NCBI GenBank assembly: GCA_964581105.1
Contig: CAZOMB010000003.1
Span: 4,421 to 68,420 of the forward strand
Direction: 5' to 3'
Source of the DNA: Candidatus Micrarchaeota archaeon
GTDB lineage: Archaea > Micrarchaeota > Micrarchaeia > Anstonellales > Anstonellaceae
Length of the DNA: 64,000 nt
The position numbers and the translations under genes are program-made. Numbering within the stretch: position 1 is the stretch's first letter; the number at the start of each line of letters is the position of its first letter. Shown in pieces: positions 1 through 8,637 of this stretch. The notes below the pieces were generated by a model. It had not been told where the DNA came from. It searched no databases and was given only the letters and a program-made list of their open reading frames with translations.

Positions 1-321
1 TTCCTCTGGGTTCTTTCATTTTTCTTTTATTCTTTGCCAAGCTTTATCCTGCCAGCAGGCTTATCCCTGATAATATTCCTGTTCTTTGGCACCTGCATGA
101 CTTCATTTGCAACAGCATATGCAGAGCACAGGCATATTGCCAATTCCCAGAAAATAAGCCATCAGCCAGGAATCCTCCCCAGAGCAGAAAGATTGCTCCT
201 TTTGTTCGCAGCACTTCTTTTCATCCCATTCTATTCTGCTTCAGCCTCATTCATACTGCTTGCAGGGGCAGTGCTAGCATTCATAACCTTTTCCCAGAGG
301 TTCTTTTACTTTGCAAAATAA
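1..321 (+). CDS. Membrane protein, C-terminal fragment of a gene running in from before the window start
   Basis: The frame stays open from nt 1 with no upstream stop. The translation is hydrophobic and multi-helical. Confidence 0.35.
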   Translation, partial: FLWVLSFFFYSLPSFILPAGLSLIIFLFFGTCMTSFATAYAEHRHIANSQKISHQPGILPRAERLLLLFAALLFIPFYSASASFILLAGAVLAFITFSQRFFYFAK

Positions 322-324
322 GCA

Positions 325-1572
325 CTATTTCCTGAATTTCTCCAAATAGACCCCTACAAGTATCATTGCCCTTGCAAAAAAGTCCCCATCTGCAACCATG
401 GAGTTTACTAAAGAGTCAGAAGAATCAGAATGCTGGTTATCATTAGAGCTGCTGCTTGAAGGGGCTCTGTCATATATATCGTCAGTCACTTCTCCTGCTA
501 CTGGTGCCTTGTCATCCTTTTCATCTGAGCCTGCTTTCCCATAATTTACTTTGCACTTGTATGCACATCCCTGCTCATCATACCATATTGCTCTGTCATA
601 ATTATTGCCACAGTCAATTTCCATAGGAAGGATTGCACATGTCCTATTCTTTGAACTATTCTTGGGTGGCTCTCCAACAAAGCTATATCCACAGCCCCCT
701 TTTACACACCAATGCCCTTTGAGAGTATATTTCTCTATGCACTCCAGGTTCCAATAATTGTCCTCACACAGCCAATAGTCAAGGCACCTGACAGCAAAAT
801 TGAAATTGGAAGCATAGTGGGTGGCAAGCGGTCCTTCTGCAACAGGTGTTGGAAGGCCCTGCACATATTCATAGTAGAAAACCAAGTTTCCGTATGATGA
901 TTTCTTAACAGAGTTGACAGATGGTGGAGAATACGGATTGTTGCTCCAACCTCGGTTGCAAGTTCCAAGGGGAACCTTTAATTGCAAGTCTATTTCAATG
1001 CCTGCTGGAATGATTATATTGCATCCTCGAACCAAGTTGTCTTCAGGGTCACATCCATAAGGATTGACCTCTGGGTGGCCAAAAGCGCCTGTCTGCCTGT
1101 TTCCATACCAGATGTCTTCGGTCATTCCGTTTGCTGATATGCCCTTAATCCTAATCCCTTTTGAGCCTTGGTTTTTTACCCTAAAAAGCAAGGTGTCTGT
1201 GTAAAAGTCGTCATATAAGCGAGAAACTCCGCATACTGTGTCAGTTATGATAATTGGCTGTAGGACTTGGCTTGTAGCTGAGTCAGAATCTGTCTGTTCT
1301 ATTGCTGGAGGGGAAACTACTGCATCTTTTTCTCTACCCTCTTGGATTTCATCCTTTATAGTTTCTGTTGTTGGGCACTTGAGCAGGGCAGCTATAATCA
1401 CCTTGTTTTCATATGAGGCTTTGGCAACCCTGCAGCCTTGGGATTTAAGAAAAGAGATATCTGAAGGATTGGTGGCTATTGTTTCAAACGCCTCTACAGA
1501 ACTTCCGCTTGCAAATAGGGTATTTGTGATAATCAGGATAAATAGGCTGAAAGTAACAAACAATGTTTTCAT
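325..1572 (-). CDS. Secreted Cys-rich protein with a Sec signal peptide, whose C-terminal ~100 aa module is shared with the subtilase
   Basis: N-terminus MKTLFVTFSLFILIITNTLFASG. The C-terminus (CGNNYDRAIWYDEQGC..SSSSSNDNQHSDSSDS..DGDFFARAMILVGVYLEKFRK) is near-identical to the C-terminus of the 3815..6151 protein. It ends in a Ser-rich linker, a short hydrophobic helix and a basic tail. Confidence 0.6.
   Translation of the reverse strand: MKTLFVTFSLFILIITNTLFASGSSVEAFETIATNPSDISFLKSQGCRVAKASYENKVIIAALLKCPTTETIKDEIQEGREKDAVVSPPAIEQTDSDSATSQVLQPIIITDTVCGVSRLYDDFYTDTLLFRVKNQGSKGIRIKGISANGMTEDIWYGNRQTGAFGHPEVNPYGCDPEDNLVRGCNIIIPAGIEIDLQLKVPLGTCNRGWSNNPYSPPSVNSVKKSSYGNLVFYYEYVQGLPTPVAEGPLATHYASNFNFAVRCLDYWLCEDNYWNLECIEKYTLKGHWCVKGGCGYSFVGEPPKNSSKNRTCAILPMEIDCGNNYDRAIWYDEQGCAYKCKVNYGKAGSDEKDDKAPVAGEVTDDIYDRAPSSSSSNDNQHSDSSDSLVNSMVADGDFFARAMILVGVYLEKFRK
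333..612. repeat. 280-bp direct repeat, copy 1, encoding the shared C-terminal module
   Basis: Nearly identical at nucleotide level to 3826..4105, with only a few substitutions. Both copies lie in frame at the 3' ends of minus-strand genes. Confidence 0.85.
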
Positions 1573-1632
1573 AATGCCACCGTTTGTGTTTTAGTTGGTT
1601 TGCTTTTAAAAGCAGTAACAACTCCGGGTTTT

Positions 1633-2343
1633 TTAGCATGCAGCCATGCACATTCCAGGGCTATTTGTGCTGCAGCTGCCGCGAGGGCATGAGTACATTT
1701 CCATGCAGTCATTGCTTGTTGTGCATCTGAAGTCATAATCAAGGCAGCCTAAAGTAATCTTGATATCATCTTGTGCAGCAACCACGCCAGATGAGGTATA
1801 ATGTATCTTAACATTTGCCCTGGCATATTCACGAAGGCCATTGAAATATACTTCATGGTTTCCATTGGTTTCTTTCATGCCACAGACATCTGCTGGCTCC
1901 CCTCCCCAGTTGCCACTCCATCCATCATATGCATCATATTGTATGTAAATCACATCACCAGCTTCTAGGGGAATATTGCATTTGAGCTGGTAAACGTTAA
2001 AGCAAATTCCGCCAATTACGCGCTGGAATGGATCATCGGAATCTACAAAATTCCCGTAATAAAGATTGAAAACGTTTCTCCCATCAACAGTCACGCCGTT
2101 CAGGTATATCTGATGATTATGCTGGTTTTCCAGCCTAAGTATATGCTTGTCAGCAAACCCATATGCCTCAGTGACTGCAACCATCCCATTTCCAGTATCT
2201 TCGGATTCTTGTGCTTTGTCAGCTATAGGTTCACCATCTAATGCCTTTTCAAAACCAATTGCCTTGTCAGCAAAGCCTACTCCAAAGAGGGTAAAAGCTA
2301 GAAGCACGACTGCAACAAAAACTTTTCTTGACATATATATCAC
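1633..2343 (-). CDS. Secreted Cys-rich protein, paralog A, with a Sec signal peptide
   Basis: N-terminus MSRKVFVAVVLLAFTLFGVGFA. About 65% identical over ~200 aa to the 2415..3209 protein, including the C-terminus CTTSNDC..GSCSTNSPGMCMAAC. Confidence 0.6.
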   Translation of the reverse strand: MIYMSRKVFVAVVLLAFTLFGVGFADKAIGFEKALDGEPIADKAQESEDTGNGMVAVTEAYGFADKHILRLENQHNHQIYLNGVTVDGRNVFNLYYGNFVDSDDPFQRVIGGICFNVYQLKCNIPLEAGDVIYIQYDAYDGWSGNWGGEPADVCGMKETNGNHEVYFNGLREYARANVKIHYTSSGVVAAQDDIKITLGCLDYDFRCTTSNDCMEMYSCPRGSCSTNSPGMCMAAC

Positions 2344-2414
2344 GTTTTTGTTTTATGAGCCAATCAATATTTAAATCAACACTATTGCAAAAAAGCGTCA
2401 AAAAAGGCATTTAG

Positions 2415-3209
2415 TTAGCATGCAGCCATGCACATTCCAGGTGTATTTGTGCTGCAGCTCCCAAGGACACACTCATGGTACTTGTTCTTGCAGTCATTGC
2501 TTGTTGTGCATCTGAAGTCATAATCAAAACAGTCCAAAAGCAGAGCAACATCACTTCCCTGCGCAGAAGCAACTCCGTATGAAGTATAATATATCTTCAA
2601 CTTTGCCTCAGCATGTTCACGGAGTGAGTTAAAGTAGACCTCTTCATTTCCACTGGCATTTCTCATGCCGCAAGCATCTTTTGGCTCCCCAGTCCAATTA
2701 CCAGCCCATCCATCGTATGCATTGTACTGTATGTAGATCTCTTCACCAGGGTCTATCGGAATGCTGCAGTTAAGCTCATAAACTGCAAAACAGCTTTCTG
2801 GCCCTATGCGTTGGAATGGGTCACCTATATCCAGCCATCCGCCGTAATAAAGATAGAACACATTCCTGTCGTCAATTTTTATTCCATTCAAATATATCCG
2901 GTTGTCCTGCTGATTTTTCAATCTAAGTATGTGCGTATCAGCAAACCCATATGCCTCTTTTACAGCAAGAGGCTTTGCAGTCTGCCACTGAAGCTGGCTT
3001 TGTGTTTTCTTTATGTCATCAGATGTGCCTGGGTAGTAAAGCATAAGCCCAACCACAACAAGGCCGATTACTAGCACTGCACCCAGCAAAATAAGGTATT
3101 CTGAGCCCGCCTGCCCCGACACACCTTTTCCTGTGCGGCTGGAAAAAATTGCCGCACATCCAACTTCTCTTGAGTGCCGAGGGCTGGCGCAAGCCTGCCC
3201 TAATTTCAT
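2415..3209 (-). CDS. Secreted Cys-rich protein, paralog B, with a class-III (archaeal type IV pilin-like) signal peptide
   Basis: GQAGSEYLILLGAVLVIGLVVV resembles the archaeal prepilin QxSxEYL motif plus a hydrophobic helix. The mature part is paralogous to 1633..2343. The true start may be an internal GTG near 3122, since the first 30 aa look non-native. Confidence 0.55.
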   Translation of the reverse strand: MKLGQACASPRHSREVGCAAIFSSRTGKGVSGQAGSEYLILLGAVLVIGLVVVGLMLYYPGTSDDIKKTQSQLQWQTAKPLAVKEAYGFADTHILRLKNQQDNRIYLNGIKIDDRNVFYLYYGGWLDIGDPFQRIGPESCFAVYELNCSIPIDPGEEIYIQYNAYDGWAGNWTGEPKDACGMRNASGNEEVYFNSLREHAEAKLKIYYTSYGVASAQGSDVALLLDCFDYDFRCTTSNDCKNKYHECVLGSCSTNTPGMCMAAC

Positions 3210-3260
3210 GGTGTTATTTGCCCTCTTTCAAATAAAAACCTTGCCAATCACTTTAGGGGC

Positions 3261-3818
3261 ATGCACTGTAGATGTCTTAGAGCGCAAGGAGCAACAGAGT
3301 ACTTGGTCATACTTGCAGTTGTCCTCATGATTGGCCTGCTTGCAATATCGCTTCTTGGCTTTTTCCCAGGAACCTCTGGGGACATTTCTGAAAGCGAATC
3401 AGAGCTTTACTGGAAAACCCTTGCATCTCCTTTCAGGATAACAGAGCGACAGTCATTTGGTCCGGCTACAGAATGTGTACTTCCAAACACATGGACAGCT
3501 GGTTACAAGTTTGTCCTCATTAATTCAGGCTATGACAAAATAAGCCTCATTGGCGTGAATATAAATGGGGTGGCAAAGGATTTTTGCAAGCCAGGGGATA
3601 TGACATCGCAAACATCAATTGATTTTTCCCCTGGGAAGCAAAGGGCAGTTGCTGTAGTTACTGATTCAATCCCAACATTCCCTCCGCCTGCAACTCCCCT
3701 AACTGTATGCACGCCAGGCCAAACAGTTGAACTGGACATTTCATTCAATTACAGCACAAGCTATGTTGACGACAAACTGCAAACAGGGTCAAAAAAGCTT
3801 GTTTTCAAATGCAGCTAA
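3261..3818 (+). CDS. Pilin-like protein with a class-III signal peptide
   Basis: N-terminus ..RAQGATEYLVILAVVLMIGLLAISLL carries the same Q-x-x-[ST]-E-Y-L motif as 2415..3209. It is transcribed divergently from that gene. Confidence 0.55.
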   Translation: MHCRCLRAQGATEYLVILAVVLMIGLLAISLLGFFPGTSGDISESESELYWKTLASPFRITERQSFGPATECVLPNTWTAGYKFVLINSGYDKISLIGVNINGVAKDFCKPGDMTSQTSIDFSPGKQRAVAVVTDSIPTFPPPATPLTVCTPGQTVELDISFNYSTSYVDDKLQTGSKKLVFKCS

Positions 3819-6151
3819 GGCTTTTTGAATTTCTCCAAATAGACCCCTACAAGTATCATTGCCCTTGCAAAAAAGTCCCCATCTGCAACCATGGAGTTTA
3901 CTAAAGAGTCAGAAGAATCAGAATGCTGGTTATCATTAGAGCTGCTGCTTGAAGGGGCTCTGTCATATATATCGTCAGTCACTTCTCCTGCTACTGGTGC
4001 CTTGTCATCCTTTTCATCTGAGCCTGCTTTCCCATAATTCACTTTGCACTTGTACGGGCATCCCTGCTCATCATACCATATTGCTCTGTCATAATTATTG
4101 CCACAATCAACTTCTGTTGGCAGGATTGGGCAGGTGTCGTCTTGGTTTAGATTTTGGTTTGCAACACAATTGACCGAAGCAAATGCCTCATTGTTTTCTT
4201 CATTAAGCTCAACAACCTCATCATAATAGTCTGCATAGGCTGAAATAATTGTGTTTCCAGCCTGTGTGCAGGTTATGCTGACAACTGTAGAGTTAAACAG
4301 CCCCCAAGTCAGCTGCGGGATATTGATAATGCCTTCAAGCCCTGCATTCACAAAATATGCTGTGCTTAAGCTTCCCCAGTATGGGTGCGTTGTTTGCTGG
4401 TTTGCAGTGGTTATTGTGACTTGTGCCGGAACCCCAACTATCATCTGGGAAGGTGCCTGTATTTCTGCAATAATGTCTGGCAAGTTTGGGTTTGTGCACC
4501 TTCCCTGTATACAGAGTTCCTTGCCAGGCTCTGTGCAGGCAATCAGGGTCTGAACAACTCCTCTTCCGCTGCACGAATATTCAATAACAGCATTGTCTCC
4601 ACTGCAAATATCCTGCTTCAAGTTCCACTCGCCATTGTACATTCCACTTGTGTTTCCCCTTTCATTTGGCTTTATTCCACCGTCACTATCACTACATATG
4701 CACTCTGCATGTGACTGGCACTCATCAGCGCCAGGCCCTGCAACCAATACACATGCAGCTGCAATGGTCTGTGCATCTGTGCCAGTGCACTTAGTATGGT
4801 GTTGCAATGCGCTTGAACTGTAAACAGCGTCATAGGCATTTACCCTTCCCCAGCCGTAAGCATAATCAAAGCCATTTGCCCCCTTGTCAACAGCAGTGTT
4901 CCTCAGTGCCTTTTTCACTTCTTTGACAGTGTAATCAGGGTGCTCCTTTTTTATGAGAGCAATTGTGCCTGCAACAACAGGGGCAGAAACGCTTGTGCCA
5001 GATACTCCAGATATATAGCCCCATGTTGGAGAAAGAGCAGTTGATTTCATGTGCGTGCCAGGGGCAACAATGTCAATTGCATTTCCCCTCGGAGAAAATG
5101 AAGCAATCAAGTCAGTTATCTTGTCAACAGCGCCAACAGCAATAGAATGGCTAATGCAGCCGGGTGCAACTGTGCTGGCTGCCTGGCCATTTCCAGCAGC
5201 AGAAACAAATGGCACACCTTTTTGGTTGGCATACTTTATTGCTGCAGTTGCCTCTTGGTTCAAATGGTTGCAGTAAGGCTCAGGGTTATTCAAATTGCCC
5301 CATACAACGCTGGCTGTGATTACATCAACATCAGGGTCATCAGAAGTGCCATAAACATGGTCAGGCCCGTCAATTGCCCAGTAAATTGCCTCAATAAAAC
5401 CACTCATGTGCGAGCTCCACACTTTCAGTGCATATATCCCTGCGCTTGGTGCAACTCCCCTTACGTCAGAATATTTGGAAGCAACCTGCAAATACGGGTT
5501 TTCATGCTGAAGCAACCCATCAGCAACCATAACACCAGCAACAACAGTCCCATGCCCATGCTCATCCATTGGGTCAGGGTCATTGTTTGCAAAGTCATAG
5601 CCGCCTAGATAGCTGCCCCTTAGCTCAGGGTGCGTATAATCCATCCCAGTGTCAATCATTGCAATTTTTGTCCCTCTCCCTGTATTTCCCTGGCTGTGCA
5701 CAAGGTTTGCGCCTATCAATGCATTTGCGCCAGTATCAGCAAGCAAAAGAGGCTTGTCTTCCCTTAGGTTGTGCCTATAAGCAACATCTTCAGGGCAGTT
5801 CATGACCGCAAATTTCCTCTGATAATTGCTAAACACATTCTTGATTATCTCACAGCCCTCATTTTCTGCAGCATCAATTATTGGAAAGCCAGAAGCAATT
5901 ACCCTCACAGTCCCATGCTGCTGAGCAACAGGGGCTGAGACTGCATCTTTTCCATTTTCATTAATATCCTTTGCCACTGCAACAGAACCAATTTGAGGCA
6001 TATCATCTACTGCAGCACCTGCTTCAGCTGCAACAGAACCAACTGCAGCATCACCTACTGCAGCATTTGCATCATCCTCACTGCTTTCTGCAGCTGCAAA
6101 AACAGAAAAAGCAAGAAGCAAAACAACTAGTTTGCTAAGCATATTTACCAC
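3815..6151 (-). CDS. Secreted subtilisin-like serine protease (S8 family) with the shared C-terminal module
   Basis: Signal peptide MVNMLSKLVVLLLAFSVFAAA. Catalytic triad motifs are IDTGMDYTHPEL (Asp), HGTVVAGV (His) and GTSVSAPVVAG (Ser). The last ~100 aa equal the C-terminus of the 325..1572 protein. A TATA-like TTAAATA lies about 30 nt upstream of the ATG. Confidence 0.85.
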   Translation of the reverse strand: MVNMLSKLVVLLLAFSVFAAAESSEDDANAAVGDAAVGSVAAEAGAAVDDMPQIGSVAVAKDINENGKDAVSAPVAQQHGTVRVIASGFPIIDAAENEGCEIIKNVFSNYQRKFAVMNCPEDVAYRHNLREDKPLLLADTGANALIGANLVHSQGNTGRGTKIAMIDTGMDYTHPELRGSYLGGYDFANNDPDPMDEHGHGTVVAGVMVADGLLQHENPYLQVASKYSDVRGVAPSAGIYALKVWSSHMSGFIEAIYWAIDGPDHVYGTSDDPDVDVITASVVWGNLNNPEPYCNHLNQEATAAIKYANQKGVPFVSAAGNGQAASTVAPGCISHSIAVGAVDKITDLIASFSPRGNAIDIVAPGTHMKSTALSPTWGYISGVSGTSVSAPVVAGTIALIKKEHPDYTVKEVKKALRNTAVDKGANGFDYAYGWGRVNAYDAVYSSSALQHHTKCTGTDAQTIAAACVLVAGPGADECQSHAECICSDSDGGIKPNERGNTSGMYNGEWNLKQDICSGDNAVIEYSCSGRGVVQTLIACTEPGKELCIQGRCTNPNLPDIIAEIQAPSQMIVGVPAQVTITTANQQTTHPYWGSLSTAYFVNAGLEGIINIPQLTWGLFNSTVVSITCTQAGNTIISAYADYYDEVVELNEENNEAFASVNCVANQNLNQDDTCPILPTEVDCGNNYDRAIWYDEQGCPYKCKVNYGKAGSDEKDDKAPVAGEVTDDIYDRAPSSSSSNDNQHSDSSDSLVNSMVADGDFFARAMILVGVYLEKFKKP
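3826..4105. repeat. 280-bp direct repeat, copy 2
   Basis: See the 333..612 copy. Confidence 0.85.
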
Positions 6152-6260
6152 GATTTTATTTGGAAGCCAACCCCTATTTAATACAGATGCCGAAAAACCC
6201 GAGGAATGGCTAATTGCCCTTCAAAACAAAAACCTGCTGGAAAATTAGAAGTAATTGTAG

Positions 6261-6731
6261 CTAGTTGCCCTTTTCCCCTGTGGCTCTTTTTGCTTTTTTC
6301 TTTTGCGTTATGTCTAATTCCTCATCTTTCTCCTTCAAATATCTTTTTTGAATGTCAATTTGCGTCATTGCACGTGCACGCTCGGCCGGCTCAAAGAAGG
6401 CACTGTCTTGCTGTGCTGCGAGTTGTTGATTAATCCAACTAAACAACTGTTTCAACTGGTCGTCGTTAACTCTATAATTTACTAGGTCTGTTCTAAGCCT
6501 CTCCATGTCAGAATCGTCTTGCGTGTTGTATGTATTAGTTACCGCTGTTCCAGTTTTTTTGTCGGTTGCAGTTACTCTTAATGTATTGTCGGGTAATGAT
6601 CTAAAGTTAATTTTGTGAGTTGGTGTGTTTATTTCTTGTTTATCTTGTTTTGGGTGAAGCTGTTTTCCAACGTTAAAAGTAGTTTCCTTCTTGCCTTGCG
6701 GGTCTAGTTGAGTTTCCTGGAAAATAAACAT
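6261..6731 (-). CDS. Hypothetical protein
   Basis: Open reading frame with a GGGGA Shine-Dalgarno sequence just before the internal ATG (MFIFQETQ...). It is polar and Q/K-rich. The longer ORF in the track overlaps the upstream gene, so the shorter start is preferred. Confidence 0.4.
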   Translation of the reverse strand: MFIFQETQLDPQGKKETTFNVGKQLHPKQDKQEINTPTHKINFRSLPDNTLRVTATDKKTGTAVTNTYNTQDDSDMERLRTDLVNYRVNDDQLKQLFSWINQQLAAQQDSAFFEPAERARAMTQIDIQKRYLKEKDEELDITQKKKAKRATGEKGN

Positions 6732-6732
6732 A

Positions 6733-7719
6733 CTAATCCCCTGAGCTTCTTTCCCCCTCTGGTTTTTCAATAGAGTATCCGTCACCATTTAAGTCTAGCC
6801 AAAGGCTATAACCGCCCCACCCGTTTGGTTCTATGATTATATTTGTTCCTTCCCGACGTAGTTTATAGTCTTTTATGTTTGGTATATTTTCCCCAAGCCT
6901 TGGGTTAAAGCTGCTTGTATAATAACTTGTTTTATTGCTGGGCGATATGACCATGTAGGCAGATTCAGATAAGAAAACCGCGCCATCGTCGCCTACGTAG
7001 TATTTTCCTTCATCACTGTATACAGTTCCACTAGCTATTTTCATCTCTCCCCACTGCCAGTCTTGTGGTGATTTTACAAATGGCCTGATGATATGAATAG
7101 TGTTGCCATCAAATGCATAGATGACCTTTTTTCCATCATACGTTGTATTGATTTTCTTGGCGTTTGCAAGGCGTTTGAACACTCCTTCGCTGTCTTCAAG
7201 AATAGCCATCCTTTTCCCGTCCCTAACGGTTACCACACCATCCTCAGTCCATGTTATTTTCGCTTTGCTCTCATCAATGTGTTTTCCAATCTGATTCAGT
7301 GGCACATTATAAATAATCTCATCGCTTTTCGGTGCAACAGTGTCAGGCTCAAGCCTGCTTGTGTAGCTGACAGGCTTGACATCTGCTTTTGTGCTGTCCC
7401 CAAAGAATGATTTTATGGTCATTTTGCCTGGGCCAAAAGACTTGTCCTTTTCCAGGAGTTTGCCTTTTATGTCTAATGAAAGCTTGTCGGCTTTATTGTC
7501 AAACATTAGTTCGCTGTCGCCTTTTCCTGTTTTTGAGATGAATGCATAGGCATTTGCAACTGCCTGCTTGAGTGAGTAAAAGCTAATGGTCAGAATAGTA
7601 GTGGTAATTATCAAGGGTTTTGCAAATGCCCCGAAAAAGCTCCTTCTTGGGTCTTGCTTGCTCTTGCTAGCTGCTTGCTTTGCCTTTTCCACTTCCTTTT
7701 TTGCGGTGTTCTCTTTCAT
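6733..7719 (-). CDS. Type-II membrane-anchored protein: basic N-terminus, one TM helix, extracytoplasmic domain
   Basis: N-terminus MKENTAKKEVEKAKQAASKSKQDPRR followed by FFGAFAKPLIITTTILTISFY. It is preceded by the conserved leader element ACCACCAGAGGCAACAGG. Confidence 0.55.
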   Translation of the reverse strand: MKENTAKKEVEKAKQAASKSKQDPRRSFFGAFAKPLIITTTILTISFYSLKQAVANAYAFISKTGKGDSELMFDNKADKLSLDIKGKLLEKDKSFGPGKMTIKSFFGDSTKADVKPVSYTSRLEPDTVAPKSDEIIYNVPLNQIGKHIDESKAKITWTEDGVVTVRDGKRMAILEDSEGVFKRLANAKKINTTYDGKKVIYAFDGNTIHIIRPFVKSPQDWQWGEMKIASGTVYSDEGKYYVGDDGAVFLSESAYMVISPSNKTSYYTSSFNPRLGENIPNIKDYKLRREGTNIIIEPNGWGGYSLWLDLNGDGYSIEKPEGERSSGD

Positions 7720-7726
7720 GGAACTA

Positions 7727-7848
7727 CCCTGTTGCCTCTGGTGGTCACAAGATGCAACGTGTATCTGGCAGGTTTCCCATTTTTTTCCTTGGGTTGCCTG
7801 TTGCCTCTGGTGGTAGTATTAGTCAAAGCCGGCTTTTAATGGTTTCTC
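7727..7848 (-). promoter_or_regulatory. Duplicated promoter/5'-leader cassette, copy 1, plus a short extra copy of its 3' part
   Basis: On the minus strand, GGAGAAACCATTAAAAGCCGGCTTTGACTAATACTACCACCAGAGGCAACAGG spans 7848..7796 and contains the TATA-like ATTAAAAG. The CCACCAGAGGCAACAGG core recurs at 7744..7727, immediately before the ATG of the 6733..7719 gene. Confidence 0.5.
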
Positions 7849-7849
7849 C

Positions 7850-8440
7850 TCACCTCATTTTTCTCAGGTTTGAAAGCATTTTCTTTTTCCATTTTTTGAA
7901 TTTTACAAACCCTATGCCAAGATAAGAAAGGTCCTGGTCATTAAAGCCGGATACAACACCCTCAAGCTCCTTTGCATAGTTTTTGATGCCATGCTCTTCA
8001 AGGAGGGCTTGGTACCTTTTCCAGTCTATTGGCGCAAAGAGAAGAAGGCTCATGATGTCAAGAGAGTCCTTTTTGCCCTTTGGGGTCGCCCTTCTGTCTA
8101 TTTCAGCAGACTGCTTCAGCACAAGAAGAGCCTCGGGCCTTATGGTTTTTATTCCCTCTATTGAGGCAATATTCTCATCCCTGAGAAGCTCTTCGCAGGG
8201 AATGGCAAGCCTTGAGTAATGGGAAACATAAATGTCAATGTCAAACTTCTCAAGCCTTATCTCATACTTTCTCATTCTCTCGTTTTTTGAAATGGAAAAA
8301 TTGCTTTTCAGGCTTGCAAGCCCATTGTAGTCAACAACAATGTCAATGTCCTTGGGATTTTTGCTGCTCTTCAAGAAGCTTTTGCAGTTCAAGTTTAAAT
8401 TGTTCATAAAGTCCGTAAGGTTCAAGCAGTCTTTCCGCAT
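7850..8440 (-). CDS. Putative minimal nucleotidyltransferase-fold protein
   Basis: N-terminal core LKSSKNPKDIDIVVDY, with a second DIDIYV. The assignment is weak. The start may be the internal Met MNNLN. Confidence 0.4.
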   Translation of the reverse strand: MRKDCLNLTDFMNNLNLNCKSFLKSSKNPKDIDIVVDYNGLASLKSNFSISKNERMRKYEIRLEKFDIDIYVSHYSRLAIPCEELLRDENIASIEGIKTIRPEALLVLKQSAEIDRRATPKGKKDSLDIMSLLLFAPIDWKRYQALLEEHGIKNYAKELEGVVSGFNDQDLSYLGIGFVKFKKWKKKMLSNLRKMR

Positions 8441-8633
8441 TTTCCATAGTTGGGTTTTCAGAAAACTCGTTTATGATGTTTTTTACATCTCCTCCCATTT
8501 TTATTATTTTCTCTTTATTTACATCAAGAACCTTGGTAAAAGTCGCCTCCAAAGTCTTCAGATCCTGCTTTTCACCAGGACCTCCTTCAACTTTTTTGTC
8601 GATTTCTACTAGTGCACCATTAAACAAAAACAT
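8343..8633 (-). CDS. Small K/E-rich helical protein overlapping the nucleotidyltransferase-fold gene
   Basis: A 96-aa ORF ending 5 nt after the stop of the 8638..9468 gene. It overlaps the 5' end of the 7850..8440 ORF by 60-100 nt, which is atypical. Confidence 0.3.
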   Translation of the reverse strand: MFLFNGALVEIDKKVEGGPGEKQDLKTLEATFTKVLDVNKEKIIKMGGDVKNIINEFSENPTMENAERLLEPYGLYEQFKLELQKLLEEQQKSQGH

Positions 8634-8637
8634 AAAC

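Noticed and set aside
333-4105. Diversity-generating retroelement template/variable repeat pair, or an IS/MITE
   Set aside because: The two 280-bp copies differ at only a few positions and not specifically at adenines. No reverse transcriptase (YxDD) gene is present. Both copies are in-frame coding 3' ends of genes. No terminal inverted repeats or transposase.
2811-5805. Plus-strand ORFs inside the subtilase and paralog genes (for example 4251..4553, 5147..5608)
   Set aside because: Antisense to genes with a catalytic triad or strong paralogy. Low-complexity translations.
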